Source: an uncultured Acidobacteriaceae bacterium
GTDB taxonomy: Bacteria; Acidobacteriota; Terriglobia; Terriglobales; Acidobacteriaceae
Assembly (NCBI GenBank): GCA_963758785.1
Contig: CAVWXA010000002.1
Location: forward strand, 652,669-716,668
Direction: 5' to 3'
DNA: 64,000 bases
Below, piece after piece: positions 11,842-21,984 of the stretch; within the stretch, counting starts at the first letter, position 1; every line of letters starts with the position of its first letter. The translations under genes and the position numbers were made by a program. The notes beneath the pieces were generated by a model. That model ran no database searches, was not told the DNA's origin, and saw only the letters and a program-made list of their open reading frames with translations.

Positions 11842-12345
11842 CTAGAGGACGCGGCGGTAGCGGAGTTCGTTGCAGGCGACGCCCCAGACGGTTTCGGTGC
11901 GCTCGCGGCCGTCGTGGGTCCAAAGATCTTTGCGATAGAAGCGGTCGGCGCGGCGATTGCCCTTGAGAAGCCACAAGTAGGCTTTGGTGATACGGAGTTC
12001 AAACATGTTGGCGCGGGCCACGGAGAGCAGCGAGGCGCCGACGAGTTTTCCCCAGCGGTCGGGATCGACGTAGAGGGCGCGGAGCTCGCCATGTCCGGGC
12101 AGATCGGCGTCGCGCGAGGGTCCGGTGGTGGCGAAGCCGACGATGGCATTTTTTTCGATGGCCACAACGGTGCACAATTGCGCCGGGTCGGCGTTGGAAA
12201 GGTCGTAATGCGGGGCGCGGTCTTCAGGGCGAAGCTGATCGAGATATTCGGCGGGAAGAAGCTTGCGGTAGGCCTTTTGCCAGGAGCGAACGTGAACTGT
12301 GGCGATGGCGAGGGCATCGTCGGGCACGGCGAGGCGGATGTCCAT
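11842..12345 (-). CDS. GNAT family N-acetyltransferase
   Basis: VHVRSWQKAY, ELRALYVDPDRWG, LWLLKGNRRADRFY. Confidence 0.92.
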   Translation of the reverse strand: MDIRLAVPDDALAIATVHVRSWQKAYRKLLPAEYLDQLRPEDRAPHYDLSNADPAQLCTVVAIEKNAIVGFATTGPSRDADLPGHGELRALYVDPDRWGKLVGASLLSVARANMFELRITKAYLWLLKGNRRADRFYRKDLWTHDGRERTETVWGVACNELRYRRVL

Positions 12346-12481
12346 GGGGGAAGTATCGCATGAAAAAGACAGGGGAAAGACGGGGAGAGACAGGGAATAG
12401 AGTAGGGAATAGGGGATAGAAGAAGGTGATCTTCGGTCTCGGTGCGCTCCGCTCCGAATGACAGCGCGGAAAGTTTTTTAT

Positions 12482-12532
12482 CCCCACCCTAACCGGTGCG
12501 CATGAATGCGCGCCGGTTAGAATGGGGCACCC
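12482..12532 (+). repeat. Palindromic repeat family B (CCCACCCT-hairpin-AATGGGGCACCC), preceded by a degenerate family A copy (about 12424-12463) and a heptamer array (about 12368-12420)
   Basis: Stem CTAACCGGTGCGCA/TGCGCGCCGGTTAG. Confidence 0.85.
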
Positions 12533-12633
12533 AGATTTTGGGTTTGAGTGAGGCGGGCGAATCTCCTGTTAACACGCCCAGCTTTTAGGAGCTGGGGGCT
12601 TCTCTTTGCTTCAGGTTGGTTGGGGATTTTGCG

Positions 12634-12921
12634 TCAGGTTGGGGATTCGTCGAGACGCGGGATGCCAGCGGATTCGCTGCGGGCGACAGCATTGTCGAGC
12701 CTGTCGGGTTGCGGCTTGCCTCGATGTTCGATCATCTGCGCTAAAAGAGCTTCGATGCGCTCGACTTCGAGGCGCCGGAGCCGGGCAACACTTCTCCACT
12801 GCTCCATGCGTTCGCCGTCGGCAGAGGGGTCCGGAGATAATTCCATCCACCTCTGCTCGTTCTCGCGTGCCGCGCGGAGCGCAGCGGTCAATGCGTCATG
12901 TCTGTCAATGGTTGTCATCAT
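12634..12921 (-). CDS. Small helical hypothetical protein
   Basis: 95-aa ORF, G-rich RBS, charged coiled-coil composition. Confidence 0.5.
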   Translation of the reverse strand: MMTTIDRHDALTAALRAARENEQRWMELSPDPSADGERMEQWRSVARLRRLEVERIEALLAQMIEHRGKPQPDRLDNAVARSESAGIPRLDESPT

Positions 12922-13010
12922 GCAGCAATCCCCCCGGTTGCTGATGAGTCGCAGCCCCTGATGGGCTTCCTTCTTTTACCACCCCGTTCGGGATGTCCGG
13001 CCAAACAAAC

Positions 13011-13442
13011 TTAGCACATTATTGGTGCGGTTGTACCTGTGGATCGCGCAACGGCGGGGGGGGCAGTCAAGTTCCGGATTTTTGCCAGCAGATCTGCCGG
13101 GCCGACAGGTTTCGCGAGAAGTTCGAAATCATGTCCGTTCACCCTGGCTGCTTGAAGCAGGTGCGCGGTGGCGGCTTGACCGGAAAAGAGGAGCACTTTG
13201 CAATCCGGGCAAAGCTCGCTCACCTGAATTGCGAGATCGATGCCGGAGAGCTGCGGAATGACCACATCTGTAATTAGAAGGTCAGGAGCTTCAAGCCGAG
13301 CGGCCTCCAAAGCCTCAAGAGGCTTGGTGAAGGCTCTGGCGCGGAAGCCTCCGTGGAAGCGCAGAATCATTGCCAGACTTGAGGCGATGACTTCTTCATC
13401 GTCGACGACAAATACGCTGGGCTGATGGAGCGGCTGAGGCAC
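13011..13442 (-). CDS. Single-domain response regulator (REC)
   Basis: FVVDDE, DLLITDVVIP, LLFSG, AKPV; RBS AAGGAG. Confidence 0.92.
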   Translation of the reverse strand: MPQPLHQPSVFVVDDEEVIASSLAMILRFHGGFRARAFTKPLEALEAARLEAPDLLITDVVIPQLSGIDLAIQVSELCPDCKVLLFSGQAATAHLLQAARVNGHDFELLAKPVGPADLLAKIRNLTAPPAVARSTGTTAPIMC

Positions 13443-13576
13443 AATCGTTCTCCTTACTGCAGATATAAGGAACGACGAATTTTTTAAACAAAAGGTGAGG
13501 ACGCCCTCTTTCTGGATCCCCGGTGAACTGAGCGGGTGGCGTCCACCCCATAGGACGAGGATCCATTGAAAATGAT

Positions 13577-14062
13577 TCAGCCTGCGCGACCAAGAGGGAC
13601 AAGACGCGGGTGGGGGAATGCTGTTCGTTGTTCCCGTGCGGTGCGCGGCAGCTTTCTGCCTGGGGCAGCGGGCCCCTCCTGGCTCAAGGGAGGCATTGCC
13701 ATCCGTGCCAAAGATTCTTCAGCATTAATCAGCACTTCTCTTATGCCCCAGAGGAGTGCGCCGGGATCGCTGCCGACTGTGACACCAGTGACAGTTTCGT
13801 TTGAGCCCGATTTCGGCGAGACGGAGACGACGGGAATACGCGCGCCGGAGGCTCGGATCAAACTGGTCAGGCGATCCTTTTCTTTGGCGGGAATGGACTC
13901 GCACAGGAGGACAAGATCAAAATCGCCCCCCTGGAAGCGAATGACCGCCTCTTTGATTGAATAGGCTGAGACGACGAGATAACCCGCAGATTGCAAGACG
14001 AGGTTGCGGGTACCCAACAGCTCCGGATCGAGGCCAGCGGAGAGAACGACAGTTAGTGCCAT
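13577..14062 (-). CDS. Atypical (Asp-less) receiver-domain protein
   Basis: REC-like pattern LQSAGYLVVSAYSIKEA...FDLVLLCESIP...IPVVSV. Confidence 0.75.
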   Translation of the reverse strand: MALTVVLSAGLDPELLGTRNLVLQSAGYLVVSAYSIKEAVIRFQGGDFDLVLLCESIPAKEKDRLTSLIRASGARIPVVSVSPKSGSNETVTGVTVGSDPGALLWGIREVLINAEESLARMAMPPLSQEGPAAPGRKLPRTAREQRTAFPHPRLVPLGRAG

Positions 14063-14556
14063 AGAACATTCCTGAGGTAGGAAGATCAACGCCTTAGCGT
14101 TTTTGAACAATCGATCTTTTCACTTTTGGACAACGTTCTTCTTGCGATTTGCGTCCCACGGTACGCCCCCAGCTTTTGGAGGGCCGAAGGTTGAGACACA
14201 ACAACATCGGGCCTTCTTACGAAGGTCAAAAAGATTGAGTGTGGAAGCGCAGGGCGTCTCACTCAGTTTTTAGCCACGTTGGCGATTTTCAACCACAGCA
14301 AAAACAGCCAACCGAGGACTGGCAATTGTGGGTGAAAATTCTCGTACCCTGCAACTTCAGACACAGAATAACCGGCTCTTTTCCGGCGTGTCTGTCGTCT
14401 AGCGAACATTCACGAAAATTTAGCGGTGAGTAGACTGTGACTGCGGCACACCTTTTAACAAACGTTTCCCCGTCCCTGGCCGAAACGGAACTCCAGGGCA
14501 GCTCCCCTTTGCATCCGAGGGGATGCCTTTTTGATTTTGCTGCGCAAAGGAGACCC

Positions 14557-15288
14557 ATGGAACCGACTGCTGCTCCGCTGCCGTACAAAAACCGAGTGTT
14601 GAGTTTGCTGCCGGCGGCCGTATTGAAGCGCCTTGCACCCCATCTTTCCCCGGTAATCCTGAAGGCCAAGCGAACCTTGCATGAGGTGGGCCAAACGATT
14701 GATAGCGTGTATTTTTTGGAAGGCGGCGTTTGTTCCGTGGTGTTAGAAATGGAAAGCGGAGACACCGTGGAAGTGGGCATTACCGGGCGAGACGGATTTG
14801 TGGGGGTGCCCGCCGTGCTGGGCACAGCACGCTCTCCGCACCGGGCTTTCATGCAAATTCCGGGGTATGGCTTTAGCGTGAAGGCGAAGATTTTGCGAGA
14901 GCTGGCCGAGGCGTCGAGCGAGCTGCGGATGTGCCTGCTGCGATTCGTTCAAGGATTACTGGCACAGACCGCTCAGACGGCGGCGTGTAACCGAATCCAT
15001 GAAGTGGAAGAGCGCCTGGCGCGGTGGCTGTTGATGTGCCAGGACCGAATGCAAAGCGACCGTCTGGAGATCACGCACGAGTCTCTGGCCATGATGCTGG
15101 GCGCCAGCCGATCGACGGTGACGGTGGCGGCTGGCATGTTGCGCAAGGCTGGACTCATCTCCTATTCGCGCCGGTATGTGACGGTGCAAAATCGCGAGGG
15201 CCTGGCAAGAGCTTCGTGCGAATGCTATCGGACCATCCACCAGCAATTTGTTCGCCTGGGGTTGTTTGAAGCTCCCGGGGGAGCCTGA
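14557..15288 (+). CDS. Crp/Fnr family transcriptional regulator
   Basis: NRVL, VEVGITGRDG, TAACNRIHEVEERLARWLL, THESLAMMLGASRSTVT HTH, ASCECY; RBS AAAGGAG. Confidence 0.93.
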   Translation: MEPTAAPLPYKNRVLSLLPAAVLKRLAPHLSPVILKAKRTLHEVGQTIDSVYFLEGGVCSVVLEMESGDTVEVGITGRDGFVGVPAVLGTARSPHRAFMQIPGYGFSVKAKILRELAEASSELRMCLLRFVQGLLAQTAQTAACNRIHEVEERLARWLLMCQDRMQSDRLEITHESLAMMLGASRSTVTVAAGMLRKAGLISYSRRYVTVQNREGLARASCECYRTIHQQFVRLGLFEAPGGA

Positions 15289-15319
15289 GCAGGCAGGTTG
15301 CGCAGGCGCGGGCAGGAGC

Positions 15320-15751
15320 CTAGGAACCATTCAGCGCTGTCCAGGCAGCTAAAGAGTCCATATAGTCTCTCCAATGGACAATTTTTCTGTTTTCAATTGT
15401 GACAACCGAGATGAGCCTGTTGTTATAGGGAGCATCGCGCGAAAGAACCTTGCCGTGCACTTCATATTCGAGGATCACGACGCGCCGATCGTCAGAGCGA
15501 TGAACAACAAGGGAATTGCCCGAGTGAAGCTTGATCGTTTTCCCGTATCCGGAGAGGCTGGCCATGAGATTGGCCCGCCCGTGAATCTTTAGCGGCCAGC
15601 CTGGAAAGTGATAGCGGGATTCGAAAATTGCGTCTTCGGCAAAGGTATCGAAGAAATGCTCTCCATCGACGAGGCCGCTGAGCCCTTTGAGGACGACGTT
15701 AAAGAATGGATCGAGGGCTTCAAAAACTTCATCTTGGATTTTCTTTTTCAT
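15320..15751 (-). CDS. SnoaL/NTF2-like protein
   Basis: FAEDAIFE, YNNRLISVVTIENRKIVHWRDYMD. Confidence 0.88.
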   Translation of the reverse strand: MKKKIQDEVFEALDPFFNVVLKGLSGLVDGEHFFDTFAEDAIFESRYHFPGWPLKIHGRANLMASLSGYGKTIKLHSGNSLVVHRSDDRRVVILEYEVHGKVLSRDAPYNNRLISVVTIENRKIVHWRDYMDSLAAWTALNGS

Positions 15752-15768
15752 CACGACAACTCCTGCAC

Positions 15769-16476
15769 TTACCAGCCGGTTTGGCGCATGCGTTCGAGGA
15801 TGAGCGCGCTGTAGTGATTCATGCGCTCGGGACGGCGCTTGAGGGGAGACGGCAGAATGGCGGCAAGGCGCGCCGATTGATCCCGGCCGATATTTCGGGC
15901 CGGAATTCCGTAGTAGTAGTGACACGCGGAATCGGCGCCATAGATGCCGGGACCCCATTCGACCACGTTGAGGTAGAGCTCAAGAATGCGCCGCTTGCCG
16001 AGGACGAGTTCGGCGACGGGGACGAGCGTGAACTCCGCGCCCTTGCGAAGGATGGAGCGGCGCGTTCCGAAGAAGAGGTTTTTTACGAGCTGCTGCGTGA
16101 TGGTGGAACCGCCGCGAATGCGACCGCCTTCCATATCTTCGTCAGCGGCGATTTGGATGGCGTGCCAATCGAAGCCGTGGTGCTGGTAGAAACGTCCATC
16201 TTCGGCGGCGATGACAGCGTGCTGGAGATCGGGCGAGATTTGGCTGAGAGGAATGAATTTGTAGCGCTCGTGATACGGCTTGCGGTGAAGGAATGCCTGC
16301 ACGCGACGCTCGATGTGCACGGCGGTGGTGGGTGGGTCGATCCAGCGAGCGGCGACAAGGGTGAGCGCGGCAAGCGACCAGGCGAGCGCCAGGCCGAGGA
16401 CGAGCCAGTGCAGAAAAGTGCGAAGAGGGCCCTTGCGATGCGCGGTCCTGCCCTGTGTGTTTGGCTTTCCGATCAC
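15769..16476 (-). CDS. mtgA: Monofunctional peptidoglycan transglycosylase
   Basis: GT51 motifs AAEDGRFYQHHGFD, RGGSTITQQLVKNLF, RKGAE, KRRILELYLNVVEWG. Confidence 0.95.
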   Translation of the reverse strand: MIGKPNTQGRTAHRKGPLRTFLHWLVLGLALAWSLAALTLVAARWIDPPTTAVHIERRVQAFLHRKPYHERYKFIPLSQISPDLQHAVIAAEDGRFYQHHGFDWHAIQIAADEDMEGGRIRGGSTITQQLVKNLFFGTRRSILRKGAEFTLVPVAELVLGKRRILELYLNVVEWGPGIYGADSACHYYYGIPARNIGRDQSARLAAILPSPLKRRPERMNHYSALILERMRQTGW

Positions 16477-16522
16477 ATTCCAGAATAGAAGGCGGGGCAT
16501 AGGAGCAGGGAATAGCAAGGCA

Positions 16523-16674
16523 GGGAGTAGGGAACAGGGAGCAGGGAATAGGGAATAGCACGGCAGAGAGCGAGGGAGTGGGGAGGATGGGGATGAGGGT
16601 GCAGCGGGTGCGATAAGGGCCAAGATGCAGGGCCTTCTACTCGGTCGCCGCGGCGACCTCCGGTCAGGATGACA
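16523..16674 (+). repeat. GGGAATA heptamer array (16523-16557) plus degenerate family A repeat (16627-16674)
   Basis: GGG tracts every 7 nt; GGCCTTCTACT-GGTCGCCGCGGCGACC-GGTCAGGATGACA. Confidence 0.85.
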
Positions 16675-16688
16675 GCGTTGATGGCGGC

Positions 16689-18368
16689 CTACGGGTTGCA
16701 GGTGGTGGGCGGTAAAGTTGCGGGCATTCCGGCCATTCTATAGAGGTCGTAGCTGGCTAGGTTGTAGTAGTCCTGCAGCGACGGCGGGGCCTTGGTCATG
16801 CTGGGGAGATAAGTCTGGCAGGCGTTGGCTGGATCCTGCGCGTACTGCAAGTCCTGAAAGTCGACCTCGACGTACTGGATGGGCGCGTTATTGATGGGCG
16901 GGATGCTGGATGAGCCGCCGAAATCGGCTGCGGCCGGCGTGGCATCAAAGAAGACCGTGAAAGTGTTGTAGGCGGCCTGCTCGGGCGTGAGATTTTTGCA
17001 GTCGGGCGGATTGGGATCTTTTGGGGTGTAGTTGGGGCAGCCCTGCTGCTGAATCATGCTTGAATTCGAGACCGCTAAATCGAATTCTGCTCCGCCGAGA
17101 ATGGGAGGATTTGGCGAAGGTGTGAGCGAGGTGAGTAACTTAATCCCGGGGACGCCGATGTCGCCGGTGTTGATGTTGCTTCCTGCCGTCATCCCTCCCA
17201 CCTGCGTGGCCTTCTTGTTCCGCCCGTTGATGGCTACGAAATAGGACAGAATTTCTGTCTTCGCTTCGCAGGAAATTTGCTCGCCGGTGTCAGTGGAACA
17301 GTCGACGGCATAGAGCGTGTTGTCAGGATGCACGAAGACGGGGTATGGCGGCTCTGGGAAATCATCGGCCGCATCCGGATTGCTGAAGATGGTGATGCCG
17401 GAGAAGATTGCCTCGTAAGCGTCGATGGCTTGTTTTCCGGTATCGATGAATACCTGATCGGAGTTTTCGTATCCGGGTCGCAGCGGGAAAGAGTGGTGGA
17501 TGAGAATCTGCCACGCCAGGTCCGCGGGCATTCCCGAGGCCTGCGTTGAGCCATTGTCTGTGGTGGGAAGAATCATTTCATTGGATGCGCACGCGGGCCC
17601 GGCGATGGAGATGCTGACGAATGCGGGATTGGAGTTGTAGCGCGCGTTGAGATTGATGAGGAAATCATCCCAGGCGAGAAGGTAGAGGGGATTCCAGGGG
17701 AGCGGCAGAACGGGAGGGTTTCCGTCGGCGCGCTGAATCTCAGGGAAATTCAGGAAGGTCGCCTTTCCGCAGTCGAGCGGGGCTGTGCCGCTGCCGGTGA
17801 ATAGGCCATCGCAGGAAGGGATCAGATTCAGGAGCCAGCTGGGAGAATCAGTGCCGGGCGTAACGATGAGCTGCACGGTCTTGTGCGCGGCGTTTGCCTC
17901 GGCAAAAACGTCGTCGACATAGCTCCAATCGAAGCCATCAGGGCTGACGCTGCACGAGTGGTTGAGGGCACACAGCGGGTTGTCGAGCTGGATTTGGTCC
18001 CAGTGCAAGCCGGCTGCGATGCCGGAGATGGCTGTGTCAGCCAGCAGTTTCGCGTAGAAACAGCGGAGATAGGTGTGGAGGTCCGATGCAGTTTGCGCAC
18101 ACCCTTGATCTTGCATAGGCCCACCATACAGCTTGATCACGTCAGGAACGACGACGTGGACATAGACGCCGAGAGGCGAGCGGGCGGATGCGGCATTCTG
18201 CGCGCGCGACGAAAGCGAAGGAGCGACGAGCCACACAAGACAAGCGATGGTGAAGGCGATTGCGCGAGGCGGGATGGAGATGGATGGGGAGGAGCCGGGC
18301 TGACTGGCGGCGGCAGAGCTGTGATTGTTGGGAAAAGATGGGGGATGGTTTTCGGGTAGGGATTTCAT
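16689..18368 (-). CDS. Secreted Cys-rich glycoside-hydrolase-like TIM-barrel protein (GH42/clan GH-A-like)
   Basis: Signal peptide; LHWDQIQ...FDWSYVDDVF...KTVQL...PSWL...PWNP...ARYNSNP...SNEM; RBS GGGAGG. Confidence 0.65.
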   Translation of the reverse strand: MKSLPENHPPSFPNNHSSAAASQPGSSPSISIPPRAIAFTIACLVWLVAPSLSSRAQNAASARSPLGVYVHVVVPDVIKLYGGPMQDQGCAQTASDLHTYLRCFYAKLLADTAISGIAAGLHWDQIQLDNPLCALNHSCSVSPDGFDWSYVDDVFAEANAAHKTVQLIVTPGTDSPSWLLNLIPSCDGLFTGSGTAPLDCGKATFLNFPEIQRADGNPPVLPLPWNPLYLLAWDDFLINLNARYNSNPAFVSISIAGPACASNEMILPTTDNGSTQASGMPADLAWQILIHHSFPLRPGYENSDQVFIDTGKQAIDAYEAIFSGITIFSNPDAADDFPEPPYPVFVHPDNTLYAVDCSTDTGEQISCEAKTEILSYFVAINGRNKKATQVGGMTAGSNINTGDIGVPGIKLLTSLTPSPNPPILGGAEFDLAVSNSSMIQQQGCPNYTPKDPNPPDCKNLTPEQAAYNTFTVFFDATPAAADFGGSSSIPPINNAPIQYVEVDFQDLQYAQDPANACQTYLPSMTKAPPSLQDYYNLASYDLYRMAGMPATLPPTTCNP

Positions 18369-18603
18369 GGCAGCCTCCCGGGGATGGGAAAGTATATCGT
18401 GGATCTGCTTGAGTTCAGGTGAATTATTTTGAGCCTTCGGGCGAGGACGGTGGAGGCACAGCAGCGCTTGACGCCTGGGAAGTGCGCGCCTGTATATTTG
18501 ACTCATTCCGCGAATCCGGAAGAGATCGTCCCCCACCGAGTCCGGATTGCTGCAGGTTCCCCGAAATCTGAAAATGCGAATTGAAATGAAAGAGGAGGTT
18601 ACT

Positions 18604-19621
18604 GTGGGCGAGCATCCGACACCGGAACAGATTATGCAGATTGGCCTGGGATTCTGGGCCTCGAAGACACTGCTGAGCGCGGTGGAGATGGGATTGTTTA
18701 CCGAGCTGGCGAAGCGGCCAGAAGGCTTGGAAGCGGTACAGGGCGGCTGGGACTGCATCCGCGATCGGCGCGCGATTTTCTGGACGCGCTGGTGGCGCTG
18801 GGATTTCTGGAGCGGCGGGACGGAAAATATACGCAACACGCCGGAGACGGATTTGTTTCTGGACAAGAAGAAGCCGTCGTACATCGGCGGAATTCTGGAG
18901 ATGGCGAACCAGCGGCTGTATGGGCACTGGGCCCATTTGACGGAGGGGCTGCGCACCGGGCTGCCGCAGAACGAGGTGCGAGGCGGGGGCGCGCCGCTGT
19001 TTGAGACGCTGTACGCCGATCCGGCGCGGCTGAAAGAGTTTCTTGAAGGCGATGACCGGGATCAGCCACGGTTCGGCGACTGGCGATTGCGGCGAAGTTT
19101 CCGTTGAAGGATTACAAGACGTATTGCGATGTGGGGACGGCGCAGGGCGATACGGCGGCGCAGATTGCCTTGGCCAATCAGCACTTGCAGGGGAGCGGGA
19201 TTCGATTTGCCGGAGGTGGGGCCGATCTTTGAGGAGTATGTGGGCGAGCTGGGTCTGAATGGGCGACTGAAGTTTGTGCGCGGGGAGTTTCTTCAAGGAG
19301 CCGCTGCCGAAGGCGGACGTGATTGTGATGGGGCACATTTTGCACGACTGGGATTTGCCGACGAAGCGGATGCTGATCGGGAAGGCGTATGAGGCGCTGC
19401 CGAAGGGCGGGGCGTTCATTGTGTACGAGGCGATCATCGACGACGACCGCAGCAAGAATGCGTTTGGATTGATGATGAGCCTGAACATGCTGATCGAGAC
19501 TTATGGCGGGTTCGACTACACGGGCGCGGATTGCCAGGGATGGATGCGCGAGGCGGGATTCAGCGAGACGCGCGTGGAGCATTTGGTGGGGCCGGACTCG
19601 ATGGTGGTGGGGATCAAGTGA
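18604..19621 (+). CDS. SAM-dependent O-methyltransferase with dimerisation domain (frameshifted)
   Basis: [52 protein letters not shown]. Confidence 0.92.
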
Positions 19622-19790
19622 CAGTGGTCAGCGGCTCAGCGTCAGCAATAGCTGGGACTGTGGGAGTAGCGGAATAGGCAAGACAGGGAGCGTGAAGGCA
19701 GGGAATAGCGGAAAAGGCGCACATCGAAAAGCGGGTGCGCGTGAGGCGCGGCTCCTTTCGGGAAATGACAAATGGGCTAAGCTGAGTCGA

Positions 19791-20844
19791 ATGAGTGACG
19801 CGATGAAATCCGCGGTGAGCAGTTCTGCGCTGGAGGCGCGAGCAGTGCCGCGGCGCTGCTGATTCGCGGGCTGAGGAAGGCGTTTGCCGATGTGCAGGCG
19901 GTGGATGGGATCGATCTGGAGGTTGCGCCGGGCGAGTGCTTCGGGTTGCTGGGGCCGAATGGGGCGGGGAAGACGACGACGATTGAGATTTGCGAGGGGC
20001 TGACGGCGGCGGATGAAGGGGACGGTGGAGCTGCTGGGGCTGAACTGGCAGACGGCGCGCGACGAGCTGCGGCAGCGGATCGGGATTCAACTGCAGGAGA
20101 CGCAGTTTCCGGACAAGCTGACGGTGGAAGAGGTGCTGCGGCTGTTCCGGAGTTTTTATCGGCGCGGGATTACGGTGGATGAGTCGATCAAGCTGGCGCA
20201 GCTTGAAGAGAAGCGGCGGGCGCGCGTTGGCGGGCTGAGCGGCGGGCAGAAGCAGCGGCTGGCGATGGCGACGGCGCTGGTGGGCGATCCGGAGCTGCTG
20301 TTTCTGGATGAGCCGACGACGGGGCTCGATCCGCAGGCGCGGCGGCACTTGTGGGACCTGGTGGAGGAGCTGAAGCAGGCGGGGCGCACGATCATTTTGA
20401 CGACGCATTACATGGAGGAGGCGGAGCGGCTGTGCGATCGCGTGGCGATTATGGATCACGGGCAAGCGTGATTGCGCTGGGCACGCCGAAGGAACTGATT
20501 GCGACGGTGGGCGGCGAGGACATTGTGGAGTTTGCGGTGAGCGTAAAAGCAGCCTCAGGTCCATCGACTTCGGTCGCCGCGGCAACTTCCGCTCAGGATG
20601 ACAGTGGGTATAAAGTGCGTGGTGGTGTGGACATTGAGCGGCTCACGGCGATTCCGGGAGTGCAGTCGCATCGCGTGGATGACGGACTGCACCAGCTTTC
20701 AGTGAGCGAGCTGCACACGACGGTGCCGCGGATTTTTGCGGCGCTTGAGGAGCAGGGGCTGCACTTGAGCGAGTTCCGGACGCACTCGGCGACGCTCGAA
20801 GATGTGTTTGTGCGGCTGACGGGAAGGAACTGCGCGATGAATAA
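19791..20844 (+). CDS. ABC-2 exporter ATP-binding protein (frameshifted; contains in-frame repeat)
   Basis: [38 protein letters not shown]. Confidence 0.93.
20555..20603 (+). repeat. Family A repeat inside the ABC ATPase coding frame
   Basis: CAGGTCCATCGACTTCGGTCGCCGCGGCAACTTCCGCTCAGGATGACA encodes [16 protein letters not shown]. Confidence 0.9.
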
Positions 20845-21877
20845 GCTGGAACTGAGCAGCCTGTATCAGTTGACGGTGACGCGGTTCAAGCTGACGCTGC
20901 GCGAGCCGGAGGCGATCTTCTGGATTTTTATGTTTCCGATTCTGCTGGCGGTGGGGCTGGGGATTGCGTTTCGGAACCGGCCGGCGGACGTGCTGCCGGT
21001 GGGCGCGACGACGCCGCAGCTTGACGCAGGCGCTGGCCGCGGACAAGGGACTGAAGGCGACGCAGATGGATGAGGCCGCGGGCGCGCACGCGCTGGCGAC
21101 GGGAGACGATTGTGCTGCTGGCGGAGCGAGAGCGGCGATGGTGTGGTGTACCGGTACGACGACACGAATCCCGATGCGCGGACGGCGCGGATGATTGCGG
21201 ACCGTGCGATTCAGATTGCGGCGGGGCAGCGGGATGCGGTGACAGGCCGGAAACGAATTGGTGCACGAAACGGGCTCGCGCTACATCGACTTTGTGGTGC
21301 CGGGGTTGCTGGGGATGAATCTGATGGGCTCGGCGATGTGGGGGCTGGGGTTTTCGATTGTGGATGGGCGGCAGAAGAAGCTGCTGAAGCGGATGGTGGC
21401 TTCGCCGATGCCGCGATGGCAATACCTGGCGGCGATTTCTGCTGTCGCGGCTCGGTGATGCTGGTGATTGAGGTGGTGGTGTTTCTGGGATTTGCGCAGG
21501 CTGGTGTTCGGCGTGCCGTTTCGCGGGCCGCTGTGGCAGCTTGCGGTGCTGTGCGTGCTGACTTCGCTGGTGTTTTCGCGCGCTGGGGCTGCTGGTGGCG
21601 TCGCGCGCGAAGACGATGGAGGCGGTGAGCGGGTTGATGAACCTGGTGATGCTTCCCATGTGGATTTTGTCGGGAGTGTTTTTCTCGGCGTCGCGATTTC
21701 CGGCGGTGATTCAGCCGCTGGTGAAGGCGCTGCCGCTGACGGCGGCGATTGACGCGATGCGCGGGAACATGCTGCAAGGGATGCAACTGGGGCAGATGAT
21801 GGCGCCGGTGGGGATTCTGCTGGCGTGGCTGGTGCGTGCCGTTTGCGGTGTCGCTGCGGATCTTCCGGTGGAGGTGA
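20837..21877 (+). CDS. ABC-2 exporter permease (frameshifted)
   Basis: REPEAIFWIFMFP, YIDFVVPGLLGMNLM, LSGVFF, LPLT. Confidence 0.9.
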
Positions 21878-21884
21878 GAGAGAC

Positions 21885-21920
21885 AGGGAATAGGGAGTAG
21901 GGAATAGGGAATAGGGAATA
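21885..21920 (+). repeat. AGGGA(A/G)T heptamer tandem array, 5 units
   Basis: GGG at 21886, 21893, 21900, 21907 and 21914. Confidence 0.9.
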
Positions 21921-21984
21921 GCAGCGGGGACTCCGGTGCGAAGCTCTTCACTCTATCTTTTCCGATCGGTCAGCATTCTTGAAT

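Noticed and set aside
14436-14451. TGTGA-ctgcg-GCACA as a CRP box upstream of the Crp gene
   Set aside because: Spacing is one base short of TGTGA-N6-TCACA and the second half-site is imperfect; too weak alone.
16689-18956. 755-aa version of the secreted hydrolase and 284-aa version of MtgA
   Set aside because: Upstream extensions run through the antisense of the methyltransferase or through heptamer repeats; better starts are 18368 (RBS, signal peptide) and 16476.
18604-21877. O-methyltransferase plus ABC exporter as a biosynthetic gene cluster
   Set aside because: No scaffold-forming enzyme or precursor peptide nearby, and the ABC genes have their own promoter-like -10 box.
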